NCBI RefSeq assembly: GCF_006345805.1 | Contig: NW_021832903.1 | Location: 1 to 32,367, forward strand | Reading direction: 5' to 3' | Length of the DNA stretch: 32,367 bases | Origin: Octopus sinensis | Lineage: Eukaryota | Shown here: positions 1-11,120 of the stretch, one piece after another | Numbering within the stretch: the stretch's first letter is position 1 | Layout of the letters: each line of letters starts with the position of its first letter | Translations under genes and position numbers: made by a program | The notes under the pieces: model-generated | What the model was told of the DNA's origin: nothing | Database searches by the model: none | Seen by the model: only the letters and a program-made list of their open reading frames with translations

Positions 1-739
1 CGACCTTATAGTGTGTGTGTGTGAAGTGTGTGTGTGTGTGTGCGTGTGCATGGTAAAATTGCTTATATATTTGTCTATACATATATTCGGGTAGACAACC
101 CTAAGCACCAGTAAGATAACATTTTCGTTAGTACACTTAAAATGTTATGCTTCTACAAATACCCAAGTTTATTGCCGCAAGCCTATGCTAAGCAATCTTT
201 TAATCAGTAAATAAGTGTTAGTTGTATAGGAAAATCTATTTCCCTTGGTGGTAGTTAAACAGAAAAAAAAAATCAGTTATCTAACAGATCCATGGAAACA
301 TCATCTAAGCCGCTATAGTTTTAGTTTCGTGACAGCTTCACTAACACCTCTTTTACATGAAATCCTCTCAGAACGTAAATATAATTTTATCCTTCAAACC
401 TGTTGCATTGTAAAAGAATAATGGCATTGTAATACCAATACTCGTCGTTCGTGTACCTTTAACAGCAAAATTATTTCTAAAATTTCATTTATATTCAATA
501 AAGCGAACATAGATGTTTACTACGTTCCCGGACGAAATGTCCAACTTTAAACGCAAATTGTTAACCTTTATCAAAATAGGTACTGGAGGAGGAGAAAAAT
601 GACATATGCCACCAAGGAGAATTACCAGCTCATTCGGATAATCTCTGTAATCTAAAAGGGTAGGATTATAGGAATTTCCTGTTCCCATGACAAAAGTACG
701 TAGAATGGCCAAGCAAAGAATATTATATGAAATATCTAT

Positions 740-891
740 GCGCAGGAGTGGCTGTGTGGTAAGTAGCTTGCTAACCAACCACATGGTTCCGTGGCATCTT
801 GGGCAAGTGTCTTCTGCTATAGCCCCGGGCCGACCAATGCCTTGTGAGTGGATTTGGTAGACGCAAACTGAAAGAAGCCTGTCGTATATAA

Positions 892-930
<39 letters not shown>

Positions 931-1161
931 TATGTATGTGTGTGTGTTTGTGTGTCTGTGTTTGTTCCCCTAGCATTGCTTGATAACCGATGCTGGTGTG
1001 TTTACGTCCCCGTCACTTAGCGGTTCGGCAAAAAGAGACCGATAAAATAAGTACTGGGCTTACAAAAAGAATAAGTCCCAGGGTCGAGTTGCTCGACTAA
1101 AGGCGGTGCTCCAGCATGGCCGCAATCAAATGACTGAAACAAGTAAATGAGTAAATGAGTA
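740..1161 (+). mobile_element. tRNA-derived SINE, family K (octopus OK-like, unverified); B-box region deleted
   Basis: Near-identical to copies at 7201, 15011, 21218 and 22095. Has internal (TA)n/(TG)n and a GGCGGTGCTCCAGCATGGCC...TGACTGAAAC tail plus (GAGTAAA)n-like end. Lacks the GGTTCAGTCCCACTGCG segment seen in other copies. Confidence 0.9.
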
Positions 1162-1311
1162 TCTAAGCATGTATGTATCTACCTATCTATCTATCTATCT
1201 ACCTACCTACCTACCTACCCACATACTTATCTATTTGTCTATCTATCTTACTAAAAATCTATCTATCTATCTATCGATATACAAATTTATCTACTCCGCT
1301 CATTATTACTA

Positions 1312-1790
1312 GAAGAGATATGGGGTTGAATCATCAGGTACCTTCTGCTCAGGTTCCTATCAGACACAAACAGCACGAAATTTGTCGGCTGGATTTCTAA
1401 GCGTAACCAACTGAGGCTATAGATATTTTCCGACCATCTTATTCTTGGTCTACCCTGTTATCTCGACTGAAGAATCCGTCATGCAGTTCTTTCCTGCGAC
1501 ATTCTAATAGCATGTCCGTAGTATAGGAGTTGTGACCCCTCAGTACGAAGAAGCAGCGGCTAATCCAGGAGAGACTCTCTGATTCAGAGATACGTACTCT
1601 GTTCAGTAACATTACTCCAGGCATCCTAAGGAGGAACACTATTTCTGCCGATCATACAATCATACTTTCGCTCATTACCCAACATTCACGAACATATCTG
1701 AGGTTTTGACCCGAAAACCGAATTGAAGATAATGAGTTTGGATTTTTGATCAGCTTCTTTTCTTATGAGGATCAACTTCTGGAGCTGCAG
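1312..1790 (-). mobile_element. Decayed 3' fragment of an RTE-clade LINE (post-RT C-terminus)
   Basis: Minus-strand translation across frameshifts and stops gives ECWVM..AEIVFLLRMPGVMLLNRVR..IRESL..PLLLRTEGSQLLYYGHAIRMSQERTA*RILQ..GRPRIRW. This matches the RTE 'WxGHVxRM...GRPRxRW' signature. Boundaries are approximate. Confidence 0.8.
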
Positions 1791-1908
1791 TATGAAAGGA
1801 GTTCTTGAAAGAATAAAATAAATGTTTCGGAAGAAAACAGGTATTCGGTAGTGCATGTGTGCGGCAGTACTTAACTAATTATTCTTAATCTCACAACTTC
1901 ACACTTAC

Positions 1909-1963
1909 TCTGTGGAATTTTGCAAAAACACCACAGTGCTAAAGATCAATACTGCGGTAACTC
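1909..1963 (-). CDS. Candidate 55-nt internal exon (G)VTAVLIFSTVVFLQNST(E/D)
   Basis: Acceptor GTTTTTGTCTGCAG|, consensus donor |GTAAGT. Only one frame is open and it encodes a hydrophobic helix. Confidence 0.45.
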
Positions 1964-2376
1964 CTGCAGACAAAAACGCAAGTAGTTATTAACAAATTTC
2001 CTAACTTGTAATGAAATCTATCGCATCATGGCCACTCCGTAAAAATACGCAGACCAGGAGTGACTATATTGGAAGCTTACCCAAAAACGGAAGGAATTCG
2101 TCCAATTTGACATAATGGAATGTAACTTGTTAATCGTGGCATTACTTCAATGTAGAACTACAATTTTATCACATCCACAACAAAAATTTGTTATATTACA
2201 AATCAAAATATTATTAGAGAGTAGCAAAACTATTTTTTCTTTTTTTTTTTTGTACATTCATTTATTAACATGCAAACGTTATAATGTACATCATTCGATG
2301 TCAGAAGGCAAGCTTATGGCTGCGCAAACCTTAAACTCATATATGCATATATATGTAATTTAGTAATGTAATTTAC

Positions 2377-2401
2377 CTAAGGTGAGCCGGGTGGGTTGCA
2401 T
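2377..2401 (-). CDS. Candidate first coding exon (MQPTRLTL-G) of an unknown secreted or membrane protein
   Basis: ATG at 2401-2399 with an in-frame TAA 9 nt upstream. Donor TAG|GTAAAT. Phase 1 is compatible with exon 1909-1963. Confidence 0.35.
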
Positions 2402-2815
2402 CACGTTTTACTGACATTTACAAATTCTCGAGCCACAGAGTATGTAAAGGTCTGGCACTTAATATTACAGTAAATGTTAATTTAGATGTAGTCATTTTCT
2501 TCGCTGGTACACTAAACTTGAATAATAAATACTACCCGAGCAGAAAAAAACCTACGTAACCCCTAAATACATTCTCAAATATTCCAACCGCTCCGAGAAA
2601 TATGAAAAATTTAGTTTTGGAAAATATCACAGTAATTTTAAATATTTCAGGCAATGCGCGATTTTTTCAAATTAACTGGAAACATTACATGGCGGCCCAA
2701 TGTATGACTTCTGTTAGAAGTTACACTATTAGAAAAGGGTAATAGTATTAGGAACACTAGGAATAACATAAACATTTATTGGGAAATATTTGATCTTAAA
2801 CTTGGAAGTCTACAT

Positions 2816-2846
2816 GGCTATAACGAAGAGCTCTTTCGTTATAGCC
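2816..2846. other. Short perfect hairpin (12-bp stem)
   Basis: GGCTATAACGAA-gagctct-TTCGTTATAGCC. Confidence 0.8.
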
Positions 2847-3254
2847 GGAAGCAATTCAACCACACAATAGTCATAATATTTAATACTATTAAGGCCAAAT
2901 TTTATTCGACTACATTTAAATTCCTGCAATGATGAAAGCAAATTAGCATGATATAATATGGTTAACAATATTAGTAGAAAATATTAATCGTATTTGTCTT
3001 ACCTCTACGTACATTTACACTTACCATTGCAGTAACAACTACAGTAACATCAATTAAATTAGAGGTATAAGCGATAATAACTTTATTTATGGCGCGGAGA
3101 ATAATTATGACACCAATAATATAATCAAACGTATTAACAATGAAAATTATAATTATTATTATTTCATTTGTTGGCCGCTAGGGCCCACATATAGGGGACA
3201 ATGCAGTAGACGTGGACAGTGGTGATTATACACAAAACAATGAGTACACAATTA

Positions 3255-3420
3255 AAATAATAATAATAACAATAATAATAATAATAATAATAATAATATA
3301 ATAATAATAATAATAATATTAATAATAATAATAATATTAATAATAATAATAATAATATTAATAATAATAATAATAATATAATAATAAATTATAATAATAA
3401 TAATAATAATAATAATATCA
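3255..3420. repeat. (AAT)n microsatellite
   Basis: Direct reading. Confidence 0.95.
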
Positions 3421-3822
3421 AACAAGAAGAATATAACATTATTATTATATCATCCTGTTTTTGTCTTTTGTGTTGTTGTATGTCTTTTAAAGTAATTTTA
3501 TGCGAGCCCTTGTGGCCAATAACACAATTAATGATTATTAATAACAACAACAACAACAACAATAACAATAATAATAATATAGTACATATATCCAAGTGGA
3601 GCGGAATTGGGACGAAGCCACGTGCAATGTAGTCAGTCTCACCCAAAAGTTAGCTAGAAGGTAGCTATACTTGAAAAGACAAGGACAGGTGCTAAATTAT
3701 TATATAGTATCCACTATAACTTGATGCTTGTCGAAATCCCAGTTTCGCTAGGTTGGAGCGTCTACTCTTCTGTGTATATTCTGAAATTGAGAATGTAAAA
3801 CAAGATATATATAGATATAGAG

Positions 3823-4175
3823 AGAACGGGACGACACTGCCTAGTGCCAAAGATCCCAGCAATGCCATCACGCTTCAGGACCAGCTTCTGCAACAGCCTG
3901 GGTTTCAAGGGCCCACAGCTTTTTAATATTCTCCCAAAGAGTCTGAGGAACTTGCACAAAGTAGATGTAGGGAGGTTTTTAAATCAAAGCTGGACATCTT
4001 CCTGTCGGGAGTCCCAGATGAACCTACCTCACGGCAAGAGGTGCAAATGAGAGTAACTATATCAAACTCCATTCTTCACCAAGTGCCACATATTAGAGGA
4101 GGCTCTTCGTAATAACAGTGTAGCACAAAACGGCGGTGCATCAGCATGGCCACAGCTCTGAGCTGAAACAAGAAA
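3823..4175 (+). mobile_element. 5'-truncated CR1-group (CR1/L2-like) LINE: ORF2 C-terminus plus 3' UTR stem-loop
   Basis: RTGRHCLVPKIP...NSLGFKGPQLFNILPKSLRNL..(frameshift)..FKSKLDIFLSGVPDEPT...SNSILHQ, stop 4110-4112. Tail GGCGGTGCATCAGCATGGCCACAGCTCTGAGCTGAAAC. AAACAAGA(A)ATATATA-like sequence lies at both flanks. Confidence 0.8.
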
Positions 4176-4199
4176 TATATATATATATATATATGGGGT

Positions 4200-4338
4200 G
4201 GCTTTCAGTTTACCAAATCTATTCGCGATGATTTGGTTGGTCTGAGTATAGTAAAAGACACTTGCCCAAGAAGCAACGCAGCGGGCCTGAACCCGGCATA
4301 ATGTGCTTGGGAAACAAAGTTGTTACCATACACCCACA
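4200..4338 (-). mobile_element. Degraded 5' half of family K SINE
   Basis: TAGTAAAAGACACTTGCCCAAG and CTGAACCCGG are the reverse complement of the K consensus. Confidence 0.7.
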
Positions 4339-4829
4339 TTGTATCTATACAAAATTTGCATTACAAAAGCTGTTTTAGAACAAAAATACGCTTTGTAATA
4401 TCAGGTCTCTTAAAATCATACGGAAGCCGTGTCCTCTAACAGTGTCTCTGATTGGTTAAAATGTTTCTATGAATAAGCACGATCAATCACAACTATGGTA
4501 TTGACTAAACCAAACACTGAACCGCTAAGCTGCAAGCTGATTGGTTAAAGTTGTGTTCGTAAGTTTCAGCCTCATGGAGAGTATCGGAAAGTATTTAAAG
4601 GTGAAAACCAGTCATTTCACGACATGTGTCAATTGTGATGTGCACTATCTCTCATTAATTCTACAAACTGACGATTGTTATAAAAGAAAAAGAGATCAAA
4701 TTGGAACTAGCTCTAATGTTACAATATGTAATATTCCAAATTAGTAAAAATACAAAAACTTGTGAACATCGGTGTGTGTGTCGAAATGTATTTGACTCAC
4801 AGTGATGCACATGTGTATGCGAAAGTCCG

Positions 4830-4857
4830 TATATAGATATATACATTATATATATAT

Positions 4858-4895
<38 letters not shown>

Positions 4896-5010
4896 TATAG
4901 ATATATATACATATATATATATAATATATAGTATATATATACATACATACATATATACATACATATATTATACATATATATCATACAATATATATATATA
5001 CATACATATA

Positions 5011-5055
<45 letters not shown>

Positions 5056-5060
5056 TAAAT
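4830..5060. repeat. Compound (TA)n/(GA)n/(TACA)n microsatellite
   Basis: Direct reading. Confidence 0.9.
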
Positions 5061-6370
5061 ATGGCGGATGTGTTGCATGTATATATGCATGCATGTATGT
5101 GTGTATATATATATATAAAAAATGCCTTTATGTGTGTGTGTATTTACATAGATTGATAAATAGATACATAGATAGAGAGATACATTCGATTAAGTGTACG
5201 TTTACACATTTATGTGTGTCAATGCGTGCTAATGCGTACGCGTGTGTGTGTGTATGCGTGTGTAAATTGAATGGGATGCGGAAAGGGAGATAGAATGCGG
5301 ATGGAGGAGTGGTGGCAGCGAGGGACCAAGTCTTCCAGTTCGTATCAATTAGAGATAATTTAATTAGTAATATTGTAGTGAAATAACGCATTCGTTTCTG
5401 TCAATCACCGTCCGCTAATTCCTCGTTTTGCTGTTCTGCATGAGCAACAGTTCTTTGACGGTCGCAATGGTTGTTGTGATGAGGATGAGGATGATGATGA
5501 TGATGATGATGATGATCTGCTACGTATTTTCTTTCTTTTGCTCGTTATCTTTAGAATGATGACCTGATAGATTGATTGAAGGATGGTTGAATGGGTAACG
5601 GAGATGAGAAGGACAAAGACGAAGAACAAGAGAACAAGGAGAAGGAGTGTGATGAAGATAATAATATTAGTGTGCGGAGCCTGATAATATAAAGACGAAC
5701 ATGGATAGAGGGTAAGAGAGGCGGATTAAGGGATAGACGAAGAGGGAGACAAAGGGAGGAGTAGATTAATCAGCTGACTTAAGACGAGAAGATAAAGAGG
5801 AAGATGCTAATGGACAAAAAATCTTATGATAATGAGCAAGATGATTGCCGTGATGGCGTTGTTCTCACTCAAAATGTCTACTAATTATTGTTTATTTGAT
5901 TTTTGATTTAATATTTCGCAGGAATGTATTAATAAATTAGATGTCTGCTGACCCGATTTTACGCACACGTGAATATTTGTACATTTACATATATATATAT
6001 GCATGTGTACATTTGTATATAAGTTTAGGCGTATGTGTTTGTGTGTGTGTGAATATATGTCAAACGATTTACATTCATATACATTTGCACAGAAACACGT
6101 AAGTAAATATATACGTAGCAATGTATAAAAAGAGGGGGGTGCGAGTGATACAGGGAGCAAGAAAGATAGGAAGAAATATAGAAAAATGCGAATAGTATGT
6201 ATGTATATATATACACATATGTTTATGCGTGTGTCTATGTGTTCGTGTCAGTTTGCCTGCGTATTTATGTATATATGTACATATTATATATAATGTACAT
6301 TTGTACATGCATATGTATATATGTATATATATATACATATATATATACATAAATATATATACATATATAT

Positions 6371-6665
6371 CACCGTGATCACCGTTACTGACCAGGCTAT
6401 CAGATGTTGTTAAACATCGCTGGTCACAATGCGCTTCGTATTCATTTAGCCTTCAAATGACCCCACCCCGTTGGCTAAGCAGCAGGCCAAGAGAAAAAAA
6501 AGTGAGAGAAGGTTCTGGCGAAAGAGTACAGCAGGGATCGCCACCACCCACTGCCGGAGCCTCGTGGAGCTTTAGGTGTTTGCGCTCAATAAACACTCAC
6601 AACGTCCGGTCTGGGAATCGAAACCGCGAGTCCGCTGCCCTAACCACTGGGCCATTGCGCCTCCA
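6371..6665 (-). mobile_element. tRNA-derived SINE, head A + tail 3, inserted in (TA)n
   Basis: Reverse complement of GGAGGCGCAATGGCCCAGTGGTTAGGGCAGCGG...GGTTTCGATTCCC (A and B boxes). Head is shared with 8256; the 3' half is different. Confidence 0.85.
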
Positions 6666-6666
6666 C

Positions 6667-6703
<37 letters not shown>

Positions 6704-7018
6704 CATATATATATATACACATATATATACCTATATATATATAAATGTATATATATTTATGTATATGTATGTGGTGTTTGTGTGTGTGCGTTTTTATGAT
6801 GGACTCTATCGTCTGTTTCGCCCTATGAGTCTCAAACAACGCATCATTCTTTGGCAGTCCTAATGGTTAGGTCGAATATCAAATTTAAGTCCCGGCAACG
6901 ATTTGCAAAGAAGTATAAGGATTACGGGTCAGTGCAGGTTGTATATTTGCAGCCGATTTTCTCCTTTGCTTTGCACCCCCGAAGCCTTTTAATGCTGGTT
7001 GCAAAAGAGTTTTTAATA

Positions 7019-7940
7019 TTTGGTCAGAAGTAAAAAGTCCATGGTGAAGACTACCTATCGATTTTGGGACTCCGTTAAATAGTTATTACTACTTAGTAAT
7101 AGTTGACAGATTTACTAAGTGACACGAAGTGGTCAAGTGCAAAAGTCTCACCTCCGAAACGATAATACATTTTTGCACAAATTATTCGCAGAGTGGCTAT
7201 AGGCGCAGGAGTGGCTGTGTGGTAAGTAGCTTGCTAACCAACCACATAGTTCCGAGTTCAGTCCCACTGCGTGGCATCTTGGCCAAGTGTCTTCTGCTAT
7301 AGCCCCGGGCCGACCAATGCCACGTGAGTGGATTTGGTAGACGGAAACCGAAAGAAGTCCGTCGTATATATGTATATATATATATGGGTGTGTGTTTGTG
7401 TGTCTGTGTTTGTTCCCCCTAGCATTGCTTGACAACCGATGCTGGTGTGTTTACGTCCCCGTCACTTAGCGGTTCGGCAAAAAGAGACCGATAGAATAAG
7501 TACTGGGCTTACAAAAGAATAAGTCCGGGGTCGAGTTTCTCGACTAAAGGCGGTGCTCCAGCATGGCCGCAGTCAAATGACTGAAACAAGTAAAAGAGTA
7601 AAAGAGTAAAGAGAGTAATCCCAGACGTGATTGTATCTGATAATGGAAAACAATTTGTGCTTAGTGAATTTAGAACATTTTGTGAAATATTCACGGGAGA
7701 ACATGAAACAATAGCGACTTATCATCCCAGATCAAACGGAGAGGCAGGGTGTTTTGTGGATACTTTTAAAAGTGCTTCGAGAAAATCGAACAAGGAAGTA
7801 ACAAATGAAGTCGTTCGGCAATAATTCCTGATGGTTTACAGGATGACACCGAAAACAAATTAACCAGTAGGAAGTTCACCTGCAGAACAGATGTTCGCGA
7901 GGAAGGTGAAAATTAGTTTTTGATAAACTGTTACCTGGTG
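7019..7940 (+). pseudogene. Gypsy/Ty3 LTR-retrotransposon integrase (rve) remnant, interrupted by a SINE
   Basis: PW*RLPIDFGTPLNSYYYLVIVDRFTK*HEV...[SINE]...PDVIVSDNGKQF..EFRTFC...YHPRSNGEA..FVDTFK...YRMTP....SPAEQMFAR, with stops and frameshifts. Confidence 0.9.
7201..7617 (+). mobile_element. Family K SINE, full length, nested in Gypsy integrase
   Basis: A box TGGCTGTGTGG, B box AGTTCAGTCCC, full body and tail. Confidence 0.92.
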
Positions 7941-7964
7941 GGGAAGACAATACAAAATTTTTTT

Positions 7965-8034
7965 TAAAGGCGGTGCTCCAGCATGGCCGCAGTCAAATGA
8001 CTGAAAAAAAAAGTAAAAGAGTAAAAGAGAGAGT
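7965..8034 (+). mobile_element. Solo 3' tail of family K SINE (extreme 5' truncation)
   Basis: TAAAGGCGGTGCTCCAGCATGGCCGCAGTCAAATGACTGAAA...GTAAAAGAG. Confidence 0.85.
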
Positions 8035-8255
8035 TGTTCGTGATGTCGTATAAAAAACGGAAAACTACAAAGTACATAGTAAAAATGATGTACGGAAATA
8101 AAAGCAGAAGAGGTATTGAAGAAGAATTGAAACCAATTGCAGATTCATAGAAACTGAACCAGACAGATTAGAAGAACCTATGGATTGGTAGTATGACACA
8201 TTCCAGGTACCAACAACGTTACAGGTGGTTGAACATACACGTACAAGTAGAAGAA

Positions 8256-8637
8256 TGGAGGCGCAATGGCCCAGTGGTTAGGACAGCGGACTCGCGGTCA
8301 TAAGATCGCAGTTTCGATTCCCAGACCGGGCGTTGTGAGTGTTTATTGAGCGAAAACACCTAAAGCTCCACGAGGCTCCGGCAGGGATGGTGGTGATCCC
8401 TGCTGTACTCTTTCGCCACAACTTTCTCTCACTCTTACTTCCTGTTTCTGTTGTACCTGTATTTCAAAGGGCTGGCCTTGTCACTCTCTGTGTCACGCCG
8501 AATATCCCCGAGAACTACGTTAAGGGTACACGTGTCTGTGGAGTGCTCAGCCACTTACACGTTAATTTCACGCGCAGGCTGTTCCGTTGATCGGATCAAC
8601 CGGAAACCTCGTCGTCGTAACCGACGGAGTGCTTCCC
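8256..8637 (+). mobile_element. tRNA-derived SINE, head A + tail 1 (octopus OR-like, unverified)
   Basis: A and B boxes present. Perfect 13-bp TSD ACAAGTAGAAGAA at 8243-8255 and 8638-8650. Confidence 0.92.
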
Positions 8638-8770
8638 ACAAGTAGAAGAAAAAAGAACACAGAGTTCCTGCAAATAGACGACAAAAAGAAATGAAGTAGG
8701 TAAAAAAAAATGCTAAAAATGGAAGAGGAGAGAATAAATTCAAATTACTTCCTTCGCAAAGAAGTAGAAT

Positions 8771-9024
8771 AAAAGGGGAGATGTTGTAGTGAAAATGGTA
8801 CTCCGCTTCTCACGTGACAAAGTAGGTAAAGCAGCGACTATGAAGTCAGATAGTAGGTCGTTGTAGGTGGTCTGTTGTAATAGAGTCGTTGTACGAGTTC
8901 TCAATTGGAGTCAGTGTCAGTTACCTGATATATACGAGTTCGAATTACCGTCAAGGCAGACATTTGAAAGTCATTGTCTTACGGAGCTATCAGCGATAGC
9001 ACGATAGACGTATTATATATAATG

Positions 9025-9088
<64 letters not shown>

Positions 9089-9155
9089 TTATTATGACCT
9101 GGTGGCCATAACCCGAATTTACACAACAAAGACGGGGTAAACCCAAACTACAACA
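8771..9155 (+). mobile_element. Polypurine tract plus 3' LTR of the Gypsy element
   Basis: PPT AAAAGGGGAGA (8771-8781) is immediately followed by TGTTGTAGT (8782). The LTR ends in the exact inverse ACTACAACA (9147-9155). A (TA)n expansion lies inside. Confidence 0.8.
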
Positions 9156-10205
9156 CACCATGAAGTTTATTTGTAAAATATTATTAACAATTAGGTGTCA
9201 GCATAGAAAAAAAGCCTACATACAAAACAGATATATACGAACAAAAATGAATTAATGCTACACTAGACGTGCAGTCAAGATAGTTTTAAAGGTAATATAT
9301 ATAGTTCAGGAATTCGGAGTCAAATTGATTTGACAATCTTGGATTCGTAACTCTGAATACACAAAATTTTAGTTTCACCAAAATTGTCTTCCCAGAAACC
9401 CTGGCCTCACAAATCTACTTTTCAAAAAATATGCATTCCGAAAATTTAGATTTCATAAAATTTGGTTTCACAAATTCGATTTTCGAACCTTGAACCTAAA
9501 CAGAAATTGTTAATATTATTAAGTAATTGATAATAATATGGTGGTTACAGATATAAAATAGTATTAGATAGGTATAAAATTAAAATTACCATTAAGCATC
9601 AGGTCATACAACGGTGCCTAGGTTGTTAGAAATAGGTGTCAAAATCCCAATACCACCACCAATAACAGAAAATATGACAGAAAACAACAGTAATCGGGCA
9701 AACGGTTAAAGAATTAAAACATAACATCATAGATAATGCCACTCGGATATTCGCTTACCATCATTTCGAGTTCTGGCCCTCAGGCCCCAACTCTCATTAT
9801 CACGATTTACCGAGAGAAAAAAGTGAAAACACGTCACGTTGAATTCTGCTAGCGTTCTGATTTGTTTTGCACCAAAAACAGAACTGCCTCAGTGTATATA
9901 TCAATGTATAAATAATGAGTGAATATTCATATGTGAACTCTCAAAAACATTTTATTATTTGTTAATATATATATATATATTGTATACACACATACATACT
10001 TACAAACACACATGCACAGGCACAGTGATGCGCGTGTGTATGTGTGCATGTGTGTATGTGTTTATCAGTTTTAGCACTTTCAATACAAGTGCCAAGTGAG
10101 AAGTTTAGTGAATTTTGTACCATAAATTATGCAAATAATATATAAGATTATGAAACACTTGTAAACGAATGCAATTATTCTCTCACCTGACTATTTATCT
10201 ATGAT

Positions 10206-10254
<49 letters not shown>

Positions 10255-10291
10255 GTGTATGTATATATAGGTGTGTAAATAGAAAGATGTT

Positions 10292-10525
10292 GAGGCGCGT
10301 GGATTAGTGGTTAGGGTGTCAGCATCATGATCATAAGATTGTAGTTTCGATTCCTGGGCCGGGCGACGCGTTCTGTTCTTGAGCAAAACACATCGATTCA
10401 CGTTGCTCCAGTCCACTCAGCTGGCAAAAATGAGTAACGCTGCGATGGACTGCTGCTGAGGAACACATACGCCATTGAAACCGGGAAACCGGGCGTGAGT
10501 CCTGGATAAGCTTTAAAAGGGCGCA
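10292..10525 (+). mobile_element. tRNA-derived SINE, head B (CORE-like) + tail 2
   Basis: GGCGCGTGGATTAGTGGTTAGGG...GTTTCGATTCC...TTGAGCAAAACAC...CTGCGATGGACTG...GAAACCGGGAAACCGGG. Homologous to 19426. Confidence 0.85.
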
Positions 10526-10550
10526 TATATCTTTTATGTTAAATAGATAG

Positions 10551-10844
10551 ATATTTTATAAGCAAAGGCTAAAGAAAGTTTTTCTAAAGCCAATATACTG
10601 AAATCCACGTTTAATCTACTTGCTACAGAAAGTTGAACTGAAATTCGGGCAACTATACCTTTCAACTTTCTGTAGCAAGTAGATTAAACGTGGATTTCAG
10701 TATATTGGCTTTAGAAAAACCTTCTTTAGCCTTTGCTTATAAAATATTTATAATTTTTTAACCCTAAAGGTTCTTTTAATATACTGCCACAATTCCTGAT
10801 GGATTTTTTTTTCTGTAGAGAAAAAGGCTACATCCCTTTTAATA
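10551..10844 (+). mobile_element. Hairpin-plus-tail insertion H1 (probable Penelope-like element terminus)
   Basis: 87-bp inverted arms at 10551-10637 and 10661-10747 (1 mismatch), 23-nt loop, ~97-nt one-sided tail. TATGTTAAATAGA is duplicated at 10535 and 10845. Confidence 0.7.
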
Positions 10845-10900
10845 TATGTTAAATAGAGAGATAGATAGAAACATATACATATGTATGTATATATATATAT

Positions 10901-10953
10901 AACGGCGGTGCATCAGCATGGCAGTAGCTCTGAGCTGAAACTAGAGAAAAAAA
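10901..10953 (+). mobile_element. Solo 3' tail of the CR1-group LINE
   Basis: AACGGCGGTGCATCAGCATGGCAGTAGCTCTGAGCTGAAAC matches 4129-4169. Confidence 0.8.
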
Positions 10954-11120
10954 TATATATACATCCTACCCATTTCTCTCTCTCTCTCTCACTCACACTC
11001 ACATATGTATACAAAACTATACAGATTCATGTCTTATGTATAAGTTTATACGTACATAACGTACATGCACACACATACATACATGCACACCTATGCACAC
11101 ACACACACACACCACACACA

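Noticed and set aside
485-976. 163-aa ORF
   Set aside because: The first half is antisense K SINE and (TA)n. The rest may overlap small exons but is not a supportable single CDS.
2081-2157. Possible extra minus-strand exon ending TGG|GTAAGC
   Set aside because: At 77 nt it is not phase-compatible between the two candidate exons and has a stop in the required frame.
8256-8330. SINE heads as tRNA genes (also 6590-6665, 10292, 19426, 19647, 29370-29441)
   Set aside because: They have A and B boxes but continue into SINE bodies, some with TSDs, and acceptor stems are not intact.
9750-9815. Hammerhead-like motif on the minus strand (GAGTT...AACTC-GAAA)
   Set aside because: Stem II and GAAA are present, but no valid CUGAnGA or compensated core and no adjacent stem I could be built.
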